The position numbers were made by a program, and so were the translations under genes. Positions 21,593 through 30,672 of a DNA stretch of 64,000 nt are shown here, in pieces. Positions within the stretch are counted from its first letter, which is position 1; each line of letters starts with the position of its first letter. This DNA is from Candidatus Methanomethylophilaceae archaeon (GTDB taxonomy: Archaea > Thermoplasmatota > Thermoplasmata > Methanomassiliicoccales > Methanomethylophilaceae): positions 32,001-96,000 of the forward strand of contig CALUHR010000003.1 in assembly GCA_944320495.1 (NCBI GenBank), given 5' to 3'. The notes under the pieces are model-generated. The model made no database searches and was not told where the DNA came from. It saw only the letters and a program-made list of their open reading frames with translations.

Positions 21593-22876
21593 ATGACTCA
21601 GGAAGACGCCCAGTACATCAGAAGCAAGGTGATGGCGCACAACAAATGGTTCGAGGAGTGCATCCCCATGATCGCATCCGAGAACCTCATGAGCCCCCTT
21701 GCCAAGGAGATGCTCATCTCCGACTTCGCGGACAGGTACGCCGAGGGCCTCCCCGGCAAGCGCTACTACCAGGGCAACATCTATGTCGACGAGGTCGAGC
21801 TCAAGGCGATCGAGCTCGCCAAGAAGGTCTTCGACGCCGACTTCGCCGATGTCAGACCCATCTCCGGCACCGTCGCCAACATGGCGGTGCTCTTCGCATT
21901 CGCCCAACCCGGCGACACGATCACCACCTGCGCCCTGGCCCAGGGGGCCCACATCTCCACCTGCGAGTTCGGTGCCTTCGGACAGAGGTCTGTCAACTCC
22001 GTCAACTACCCGTTCAACGAGCACGACATGAACCTCGACGTGGACGGCACCATCAAGCTCCTGAAGGAGGTCAGGCCCAAGGTCGCCCAGTTCGGACTGT
22101 CCGTCTTCCTGTTCCCCCCGCCGCTCAAGGAGCTCCAGGACACCTTCAACGAGATCGGGTGTCTGGTCTGGGAGGACTGCGCCCACGTCCTCGGCCTCAT
22201 CGCCGGGAAGCAGTTCCACGACCCCCTCAGGGAGGGTGTGAACATCGTGTCCTCCTCGACCCACAAGACCTTCCCCGGACCCAACCACGGTCTCCTCCTC
22301 GGACAGAACCTCACCGAGGAGCAGGAGAAGCAGCTCCAGAAGGCCGTCTTCCCCGGAGTCACCTCCAGCCACCACCTCCACGCGATGGCCGCCCTCGCCG
22401 TGACCCTCGCCGAAATGGACGTCTTCGCGAAGGACTATGCGGCCCAGACCTGCAAGAACGCCAGGGCCCTCGGGCAGGCGCTTTACGAGCGCGGGGTGCC
22501 CGTCCTCTGCCCGGACCTCGGATTCACCAGGTCCCACGCCATTGCCGTCGACGTCTCCCAGTTCGGAGGCGGGAAAGACTGCGCCAAGGCCCTGGAGGAC
22601 GCGAACATCATCTGCAACAAGAACATGCTTCCCAGGGACACCAGCTCCGTCAGGCCCTCCGGCCTCAGGCTCGGGGCCCAGGAGATGACCAGGCTCGGAA
22701 TGAAGGAGAGCGACATGGTCGAGGTCGCCGACCTCATCTCCCGCGTCGTGGTCAAGAAGGAGGACCCTGCCAAGGTTAAAGAGGACGTCAAGACCTTCAA
22801 GAGGCAGTTCACCTCGATACAGTACTGCTTCAACGCGGGCGAGCCCGCCTACGGCTACCACAAGCTCGTCGAGTGA
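21593..22876 (+). CDS. glyA: Serine hydroxymethyltransferase
   Basis: MIASEN, YAEGLPGKRYYQG, SSSTHKTFPGP (PLP Lys), SSHHLH, NKN, GLRLG. Confidence 0.95.
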   Translation: MTQEDAQYIRSKVMAHNKWFEECIPMIASENLMSPLAKEMLISDFADRYAEGLPGKRYYQGNIYVDEVELKAIELAKKVFDADFADVRPISGTVANMAVLFAFAQPGDTITTCALAQGAHISTCEFGAFGQRSVNSVNYPFNEHDMNLDVDGTIKLLKEVRPKVAQFGLSVFLFPPPLKELQDTFNEIGCLVWEDCAHVLGLIAGKQFHDPLREGVNIVSSSTHKTFPGPNHGLLLGQNLTEEQEKQLQKAVFPGVTSSHHLHAMAALAVTLAEMDVFAKDYAAQTCKNARALGQALYERGVPVLCPDLGFTRSHAIAVDVSQFGGGKDCAKALEDANIICNKNMLPRDTSSVRPSGLRLGAQEMTRLGMKESDMVEVADLISRVVVKKEDPAKVKEDVKTFKRQFTSIQYCFNAGEPAYGYHKLVE

Positions 22877-22890
22877 ACGGAGGGATGCGC

Positions 22891-23169
22891 ATGGGATTCA
22901 TGGACAAGATGAAGGATGCGGTCAAGGACGCCGACACCAAGATCGGCAACTCCATCGACAAGAGCAAGCTCGACTCCCAGATCAGGGACGAGGAGCGCAA
23001 CATCGAGAAGCTGGAGGCCGAGATCGGACAGGAGGTCGTCAAGACCCTGAAATCCGGCAAGACCGTGGCCGAGGCCAACATCCAGGCCAACTACGACAAG
23101 ATCCTCGAGTCCGAGAAGAAGATCGAGGAGCTCAAGGCCAAGAAGGAAGCCATCGGAAAGGAGGAGTGA
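22891..23169 (+). CDS. Small charged coiled-coil hypothetical protein (92 aa)
   Basis: K/E/D-rich ORF with typical codon usage, RBS upstream and a terminator-like hairpin downstream. Confidence 0.7.
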   Translation: MGFMDKMKDAVKDADTKIGNSIDKSKLDSQIRDEERNIEKLEAEIGQEVVKTLKSGKTVAEANIQANYDKILESEKKIEELKAKKEAIGKEE

Positions 23170-23175
23170 TCCCCT

Positions 23176-23195
23176 CGGCGGGGGAGACCCCGCCG
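23176..23195 (+). terminator. Hairpin after the glyA operon
   Basis: CGGCGGGG-GAGA-CCCCGCCG, 8-bp stem with a GNRA loop. Confidence 0.45.
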
Positions 23196-23342
23196 CCCAA
23201 ACGACTTACCATCCCCGGATTACGTATGTGCGCCATCCGTTACAGTCCGGACGGCTTGTAACTACGCTTTCGTGCAACATTCTTTTTTTGTTAGATAGCT
23301 TAATAAGTCCACGGGTCGGTTCCCATTTAAAAGGGGGAGACC

Positions 23343-24062
23343 ATGGACACAGAGGAGATTCTCAGGAACCTATAGGATTCGGTCGTGAAGCTCGACGTGG
23401 ACGGCTGCCGCAGATACGCGGAGATCGCCATGGACTCCGGCATGCCTCCAGAGGAGGCCATTGAGAGGGGACTCGCACGTGGCATGGACCGCATCAGCGA
23501 CATGTTCGACGAGGGCACCGCCTATCTCCCCCAGATCCTGATGGCATCGAAGGCCATGGACGCCGCCCTGGACGTCATCATCCCGCATATCGAGAGGCAG
23601 GGGTCCTGTCTCCGCGGGATAGTCGTCATGGGATCCGTCAAGGGCGACATCCACTCCATCGGCAAGAACGTGTGCTGCGCCATGCTCCGCGGCGCCGGAT
23701 TCAAGGTCGTCGACCTCGGAACGGACGTGGATCCGGACAAGTTCGTCAAGGCCGTCGAGAAGCATCATCCGAACGTGGTCGGCGCCTCGGCACTCATGAC
23801 CGTCAGCCTCCCCCAGCAGAGGCAGCTGGTGCGCATCTTCAGGGAGAACGGCATATCCGTTCTCACCATCTTCGGCGGCGCCCCCTGTAGCCAGGAGTGG
23901 GTCGATGAGATCGGAGGGGACGGGTACTCCGACTCAGGCGCGAGCATCGTCAGGCTCGTGCGCTCGCTCCTTGGCATCGACGTCCAGGTCGGATCCGGCC
24001 AAAAGGATTATATCGGAATTGACCGGGATGGGGAGCCAGATGACGGCCAAACGCTATGTCGA
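23343..24062 (+). CDS. mtmC: Corrinoid protein MtmC (copy 2) with an in-frame TAG at codon 11
   Basis: RBS, then ATG 23343: MDTEEILRNL-O-DSVVKLD aligns with MSKEEILADL-K-KSVETWD of copy 1; GSVKGDIHSIGKN motif. 3' end uncertain: first in-frame CGA at 24060-62, TGA at 24078-80. Confidence 0.85.
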
Positions 24063-25419
24063 CATTTTCGAGGCATATGACCGGTTCTTCAAGGGGGAGC
24101 GCGTCACCGAGAACGACTGGGACTACAACATAGTCCCGAAGGCGGCGGCCGACATCAAGGAGAAGTTCAAGATCTCGTTCGGAAGGGACATCATCCCCAC
24201 CGATGAGGACCTGTGCGAGAGACTGTTCCTCGCAGGCATCGACATGCTCCTCACCACCGGGTTCTACAACACCGATCTGAAGAGGGTCATGAGGATCGAC
24301 GAGGACGAGCTCTTCGAGGGACTCAAGATGGCGCCGACGAAGCTGCAGCTCGGCTCCGGCAAGGACCAGCGCGAGTGCCAGGCCCGCCGCGGCAACGCCC
24401 GTCGCAAGCCCATCATCCAGGGTGGCCCTACCGGGGCGCCCGTGTCGGAGGCGAGCTTCGTCCCCATGATCCGCTCTTACGCCCAGGAGCCCGTCGTAGA
24501 CACGATAGTCAGCGGGGTCCTGAGCACCATCAACAACCATCCGGCGACCACCAACACGCCCTGGGAGATCCGCGCCACGATGGCCGAGACCAGGTACGTG
24601 AGGGAGGCATGCCTGATGGCCCAGCGCCCAGGCATGTGCATCTAGGGGCCCCAGACCCCCCTCTCCGCCGCGGGGAGGCTGGCGTCGGACCTCACGCAGC
24701 ACGGCCTCAAGCCCTACGACGCCCACGAGTGCTCCCAGCTGAACGAGCTGAAGATCGACATGTCCGCCCTGAACATGATGGCGGGCTGGCAGGCCGTGGG
24801 GGACATCGTCATGATGGAGCAGATGCCCATCTTCGGAGGCTACGTCGGAGGCGTGGAGGAGACCGCGATCTGCGACGTGGCGACAATGATCGCATCGTTC
24901 GCGATATTCGACTGCGACATCCACCTGGACGGCCCGATCCACATCAGATGGGGGACCACGACCACCCGCGAGACGCTGAAGATCGCCGCGCACGCCGCGG
25001 CCGCTCTGGACCAGAACACCGATTTCCTGCTGGCCAACCAGTACTACACGATGGCCGGGCCCTGCACGGACATGTGCCTGCTGGAGATCGCCGCCCAGGC
25101 GATGACCGACACCGCCTCCGGCAGGGAGCTCCTCTCCGGCGTGGCGTCGTCCAAGGGAGTCAGCCGCGACAGGACCACGGGCATGGAGGCCAGGTTCATG
25201 GGGGAGGTCTCGCTCGCGACCTGCGGGATGAGCATAGAGGACGTCAACAGCACGATCGACAACGTCCTGAAGCTCTACGAGAAGGACTTCGCGAAGGCGC
25301 CCCAGGGAAAGACGTTCCAGGAGTGCTACGACGTCACCACGATGGAGCCCAGCGACGAGTATGTGGAGCTCTACGACAGGATGGTGGACGTCCTCGGTAC
25401 CTGCGGGATGGACTTCCGA
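24040..25419 (+). CDS. mtmB: Monomethylamine methyltransferase MtmB (copy 2), Pyl at codon 202, 459 aa
   Basis: In-frame TAG at 24643-45: RPGMCI-O-GPQTPLS; collinear with copy 1. Ends GMDF-CGA (25417-19), aligned with the GLDIKH* end of copy 1. Confidence 0.92.
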
Positions 25420-25758
25420 TCGCTCCTTGTTCTCCTCGGACACCAGGTTGAGGCCGGCCACCCCGGCGACGATCATGAAGAGGCAGATCCAGCCGACCCA
25501 GTTCAGACCCTCGTCCATCCAGATCATGCCCACCACGACGGCCCCCACGGCGCCGATGGCCGTCCATACCGCGTAGCACGGGCCTGTCGGGAGACCGTGC
25601 CTGAATCCGAGGTTGAGCAGGTACATGCTGATGCCCAGGAAGATCATCATGGGGATCATCCAGAGAGGCTCGGAGAACCCGTCTGTGAACTTCAGGCATG
25701 TCGCCCATGCGGTCTCCGCGACGCCTCCTGCGAGGACGTAGAGCCATCCCCTGTTCAC
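25420..25758 (-). CDS. Small multidrug resistance (SMR/Gdx-like) subunit, 112 aa
   Basis: GGVAETAWATCLK (membrane Glu), GLPTGPCYAVWTAIG; 4 TM; GTG start. Ends EENKE-CGA (25422-20); the standard code runs 1.5 kb antisense through mtmB2. Confidence 0.88.
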
Positions 25759-26087
25759 AGCACCATCCCCCTGGAGAGCTCGAGGCCTACGACACCAGCG
25801 AGGATCAGCCCCACCAGGACCATCTTGACCGCCCCGACTGCCTCCCTGTACAGGAAGTACCCGACGGCCATGGTGCACACGGCACCGATGCCGGTCCACA
25901 TGGCGTAGGAGACGCCCATGGGTATCGTCTCCATACCCACGCCCATAAGGACGGGACTGAGGACGGCGAAGAACACGGTCGCCGCGAGCCATGCGATCCT
26001 GCGGTCCTCGTCGAACCTCTTGAGCGTTATGACCCAGACGGGCTCCAGCAGCCCGGCGGCGATTATCCACAGCATCCCTGCGTCCAT
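25755..26087 (-). CDS. SMR family subunit (partner of a paired SMR), 110 aa
   Basis: AGLLEPVW, IPMGVSYAMWTGIG; GTGA overlap with the next SMR gene. Confidence 0.88.
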   Translation of the reverse strand: MDAGMLWIIAAGLLEPVWVITLKRFDEDRRIAWLAATVFFAVLSPVLMGVGMETIPMGVSYAMWTGIGAVCTMAVGYFLYREAVGAVKMVLVGLILAGVVGLELSRGMVL

Positions 26088-26197
26088 GGGGCGGGCAATG
26101 TCGCACGCTTAATAACGGTTGCCGGGAGGCTGAACGGCACTGAACAGAGTGTAAGGATAACCGAATTATTTTTAGGTAGAGCGATTATCCCAGTCCG

Positions 26198-26863
26198 ATG
26201 ACCACAGGGAACCGCGAGGACTATCTCATCAACATTCTCAGACTCACAGAGGGCGAGGGCGTGGCCAAGACCACCGAGCTCGCCTCCTTCATGGGCGTTT
26301 CGCCCGCCAGCGTGAGCGAGATGGTCAAGGTCCTCGCGAAGGAGGGTCTCGTCTCCTACGAGAAGTACAAGGGCGTCGCCCTCACCGACAAGGGTCTGAC
26401 CTACGCTCGCCAGATCCGCAAGAAGCACCATGTGGTCGAGCGCTTCCTCACCGACTACCTCAACGTGGACCACAAGACCGCCCACGAGGAGGCCTGCCGC
26501 ATCGAGCACGCCATCTCCGACGAGTCGGCGATCAGGATGTGCCACATGATGGGCACCCCGGTGGACGTGGACTGCCAGAGCTGCATCTCGCCCTGCAAGG
26601 CGGTCTCCGAGGGGATCATGAACATCCTCCCCCTGAACAAGCTCGCCCAGAGCCAGTCCGGGAGGATATCCCACATCAAGTCCGACGATGCGGAGGTCGT
26701 GAAGAAGCTCATCTCCATGGGGTTCGTCCCCGGCAGGGAGATCTCCATCGAGGCCATCCTCTCGGACGGCGGACCCCGCGTGGCGCGCATCGGAGACGCC
26801 ACCATGGCGCTGGACTACAGGCTCGCGTCCTGCATCTTCGTGGACGTCGAGTCCGAGAGCTGA
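26198..26863 (+). CDS. DtxR/MntR-family metal-dependent repressor with a C-terminal FeoA domain
   Basis: EDYL, SPASVSEMVKVL, RKHHVVERFL, AHEEACRIEH; C-terminal KKLISMGFVPG FeoA motif. Confidence 0.9.
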   Translation: MTTGNREDYLINILRLTEGEGVAKTTELASFMGVSPASVSEMVKVLAKEGLVSYEKYKGVALTDKGLTYARQIRKKHHVVERFLTDYLNVDHKTAHEEACRIEHAISDESAIRMCHMMGTPVDVDCQSCISPCKAVSEGIMNILPLNKLAQSQSGRISHIKSDDAEVVKKLISMGFVPGREISIEAILSDGGPRVARIGDATMALDYRLASCIFVDVESES

Positions 26864-26897
26864 GTAATTATAGGGAGCGCCCATCGGGGTCCCCAGC

Positions 26898-28850
26898 ATG
26901 TCTCAACCTTCAGGAGGACCCGTCGCCGAGGGCGGCGGACGCGTCCTCAGGGTGGCCCTCGTGGGCCAGCCCAACGTGGGCAAATCCTCGCTCTTCACCC
27001 GCCTGACCGGCGTGGGCGTGATATCCTCGAACTACCCCGGCACCACGGTGACGTTCGAGGAGGGCGCCATCACCAGGAACGGCTCCACAGTCAGCGTCCG
27101 CGACCTGCCCGGCACCTTCGGCATATCCGGGAACTCGGACGACGAGAGGGTCGTCATCAGGAACCTGAGGGAGCAGGGGTTCGACTGCATCATACTGGTG
27201 GCCGATGCCACCGGCCTGTCCGGGAGCCTTGTGCTGTGCGAGGAAGCCCTCGAGCTGGGGCTCCCGACCATCGTGGCGCTCAACAAGATGGACGAGGCCC
27301 GCAAGAGGCTGTCCATCGACAGCTCGAAGCTGGAGGAGGCCCTCGGCGTGCCGGTAATTCCGGTGTCCTCGAAGACCTCCGAGGGCGTCGACGAGCTCGC
27401 TGACGCGGTATGCGCCGGGAAGGCGAGGCTCCCCAAGTCCGACATGCGCTTCGACGACGGGATCGAGGCGGCCATCGCAGGGATAACTGAAGCCCTGCCG
27501 GACGGCATGCCATTCTCCAAGCGGGGCGTGGCCATCAAGATCCTCGAGCACTCGCCCGAGTTCGACCCCCTGGCCGACGACGACACCCGCCGTTCAGCCG
27601 GCCTCATGCGCCGCGTGTACTCGGAGCGCGAGGGCAGGTCCATGGCGGTGTCCATCGCCACCGAGAGGTACTCGTGGGCGGAGAAGGTCGTGTCGTCCTG
27701 TGTCGAGAAGGACGAGAGCAGGCTGTCCCTTGCCGACAGGATATCGGACATCACAATCACGCCGATCACCGGCCTGCCGATCCTCGTGCTGATATGCCTC
27801 GGCATACTCACGGTGATCGTCTACGCCGGCTCGTTCCTCGACGGGGTGGTGAACGGTGTCTACAGCTCCGTCATCGGGAGCGCTCTCATCGACTTCGGCC
27901 GCTCCATCGGAGGGGACTTCGGCGAGGCCGTGTTCACCGGGATCGACGGGAGCTTCCAGGCGATGCTGGCGCTCGTCATCCCCTACATCCTCGTCTTCTA
28001 CATCATCCTGGGCATCCTGGAGGATTCCGGATACCTGACCAGAGCGGTCGTGCTCCTGGACAACATAATGCACCACTTCGGTCTCCACGGAGGCTCTTTC
28101 ATCCCCATGATCGTCGGCATCGGGTGCAACGTGCCGGCCATCCTGGCGGTGCGCACGGTCAAGTCCCGCAGGGAGAAGATCATCCTCTCCTCTATAATCA
28201 TCATGGCCGTCCCCTGCTCGGCGCAGCTGGCCATAATCATGGGCGCCACAGGGTCCTACGCCGGGGTGCTCTATGCGTTCGGCATCCTCGTGATGCTCGT
28301 CTGCCTCGGCATGGCGGTCGGCGTCCTCATGAACAGGTTCCTGAGATACGAGCCAAGCGACCTCGCCATGGAGCTGCCCCCGCTGCAGATGCCCACGGTC
28401 AAGAACATCCTGTTCAAGACCTGGCACAGGATCAAGGACTTCCTCTACATCGCGTTCCCCCTGCTCGTGGTGGGCTCCATCGTGGTGGAGATCCTCATCT
28501 CATACGATCTGCTCGGGGCCATCGTCGATCCGCTCTCGCCCATCACCGTCGGCATCCTGGGACTTCCGGCCGTCTGCACCATAGCGTTCATCGTCGGCAT
28601 CCTGAGGAAGGAGATGGCCGTAGGGATGCTCTCGGTACTGGCAGGAGGGGTCGCCCTGGAGGAGTTCATGACGCCGGACCAGTTCGTGGTGTTCGGAGTG
28701 GTGATGGCGGTGTACATGCCGTGCCTCGCCACCCTCCTGACGATGTGGCGCGAGATCGGGTGGAAGGAGACCATCTGCGTGAGCGTCCTGTCCATAGCGG
28801 TGGCCATCGCCCTCGGAGGGGCGGCCAACCTGCTGCTCCAGCTGTTCCGA
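26898..28850 (+). CDS. feoB: Ferrous iron transporter FeoB (650 aa)
   Basis: GQPNVGKS, NYPGTTV, DLPG, NKMD, LEDSGY, GIGCNVPA, PCSAQ, YMPC. Ends LLLQLF-CGA-CGA (28848-53); the standard code gives a 986-aa run-on over ubiD. Confidence 0.93.
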
Positions 28851-28902
28851 CGACGCCTCCGGAGGAACCAAGCATATTATCGGATGATGCCATCCAGCGC
28901 TC

Positions 28903-30165
28903 ATGACAGTCAAAGAATCGGTGACATCCGACGCCCTCGTGGTGGATGCGCCAACGTGCAGGGACGACTGCTCCGCCACCAGGGTCCTGCTGCAGGACCA
29001 GGCCAGGACCGTCGTCTTCCAGGACCTCGACGGCGGCAGGGCCGTGGGCAACAGGTTCTCCACCAGGGAGAAGATGGCCGCGGCGCTGAACATCCCCAAG
29101 GACGGCATCGTCAACCACATCCTCGAGGCGGTCAACCACCCGATCCCCTGCGAGGTCGTCGACGACCCGGAGTTCGCCGCATGCGAGCTGCCCCTGGACC
29201 TCACCGCCCTGCCCATCCCCAAGTACTTCCCGGAGGACGGCGGCAGGTACGTGACCTCGGGAATCGTGGTCACCGAGTTCGAGGGCTACAGGAACGTCTC
29301 CTTCCACAGGATGATGATCATGGACGAGAGGCACATCGCCATCAGGCTGGTGCCCCGCCACCTGTTCACCATCCACCGCATGGCGAAGGAGAAGGGACAG
29401 GAGCTCGGGATCACCATCTGCATCGGCGCACAGGCCGAGGTGCTGCTCGCCGCCGCGACGTCGATGGACTTCGGCGCCGACGAGCTCGAGGTCGCCTCCG
29501 CGATGCACAAGGCCGGACACGGCACCCCGCTCAGGGTCGGACGCTGCGCCAACGGCCTCCTCGTGCCCGCCGACACCGACTACGTGATCGAGGGGAGGAT
29601 AACACTCGAGGAGACCAAAGAGGGTCCGTTCGTGGACATCACCGGCACCTACGACTTCGAGAGGCAGCAGCCGGTCATCGAGGTCGACAGGATCACCTCG
29701 TGCAAGGATCCGATGATGCACCTCCTCCTGCCCGGAGGATGGGAGCACTACCTCCTCATGGGACTCCCCAGGGAGCCCATGATCCTCAAGGCCGTGAGGC
29801 AGGCCGTGCCCGGCGTGAGGAACGTCAGGCTCACCGAGGGCGGATGCTGCTGGCTTAACGGAGTGGTCTCGATCAGGAGGAACAAGGCGGGCGACGGGGT
29901 CAACGCCGGCATGGCCGCCCTGTCAGGTCACACATCCATGAAGCAGGTCATCGTCGTGGACGAGGACATCGACATCTTCGACGACCGCGAGGTCGAATGG
30001 GCGGTCGCCACCAGGATGCAGGCGGACCGCATCGTGAAGATCCCCGGAGCCGCCGGATCCTCGCTGGACCCCAGCTCCCACGGGGGGACGACCTGGAAGG
30101 TCATAATCGACGCGACGATCCCGCCCGAGGCGGACCTGTCGCTTTACAAGAAGGCAACGCTCTGA
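28903..30165 (+). CDS. UbiD-family prFMN-dependent decarboxylase
   Basis: EDGGRYVTSG, NVSFHR, EGPFVDITGTY, VVDEDIDIFD, VEWAVATR, SSLDPS. Confidence 0.9.
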   Translation: MTVKESVTSDALVVDAPTCRDDCSATRVLLQDQARTVVFQDLDGGRAVGNRFSTREKMAAALNIPKDGIVNHILEAVNHPIPCEVVDDPEFAACELPLDLTALPIPKYFPEDGGRYVTSGIVVTEFEGYRNVSFHRMMIMDERHIAIRLVPRHLFTIHRMAKEKGQELGITICIGAQAEVLLAAATSMDFGADELEVASAMHKAGHGTPLRVGRCANGLLVPADTDYVIEGRITLEETKEGPFVDITGTYDFERQQPVIEVDRITSCKDPMMHLLLPGGWEHYLLMGLPREPMILKAVRQAVPGVRNVRLTEGGCCWLNGVVSIRRNKAGDGVNAGMAALSGHTSMKQVIVVDEDIDIFDDREVEWAVATRMQADRIVKIPGAAGSSLDPSSHGGTTWKVIIDATIPPEADLSLYKKATL

Positions 30166-30210
30166 GCGCCTTCCGGGGGCCGTCTTCGGACGGCTCCCTC
30201 AAACCCAGAT

Positions 30211-30480
30211 TCGGTCCTCGGCCTCTGTCGAGTCAGCGGAGGGCATCGCGACATTCTGCATCAGGAGCTGGCCCTTGTCGGTCAGCACGAGGACGTCGTC
30301 GGCGTACTCCATGTAGCCTATCGTGATTATCGTGTGGACGCTCTTGGATGCGCGGTAGTCGCCCTCGACCCTGTCGCGCGACCATCCCGCGTACCTGCGG
30401 ACATCCTTCTGGAGGGACGACACGTACCTCGGACGATCCATCCGCGGTTCGGCGTTCCTCCTGCGTAGAGTGAATCTCAT
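30211..30480 (-). CDS. Small hypothetical protein (89 aa, possible winged helix)
   Basis: MRFTLRRR...GYMEYADDVLVLTDKGQLL; AT-rich promoter upstream; ends at CGA (30213-11), three codons before a TGA. Confidence 0.55.
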
Positions 30481-30672
30481 TCCATCCCGTGTTACCCAGT
30501 TTTTAATACTATAAAAAACCAAGGCATGGAGCTACACACCGCCTACAATGCTCGGTCTACGGAAACTAGAGTGTACTAAGCTAGAATGACCGAAGAACGA
30601 TGCGTCCCCGGCTTTTACGCGTGATGCGACGGGCATCCGCACCGCGCTCGTCGCGGTGGGAGATGCGATAGA

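Noticed and set aside
26088-26197. Guanidine riboswitch or DtxR box between the SMR pair and dtxR
   Set aside because: No ykkC-type motifs; only a half-site-like TTAGGT without a convincing palindrome.
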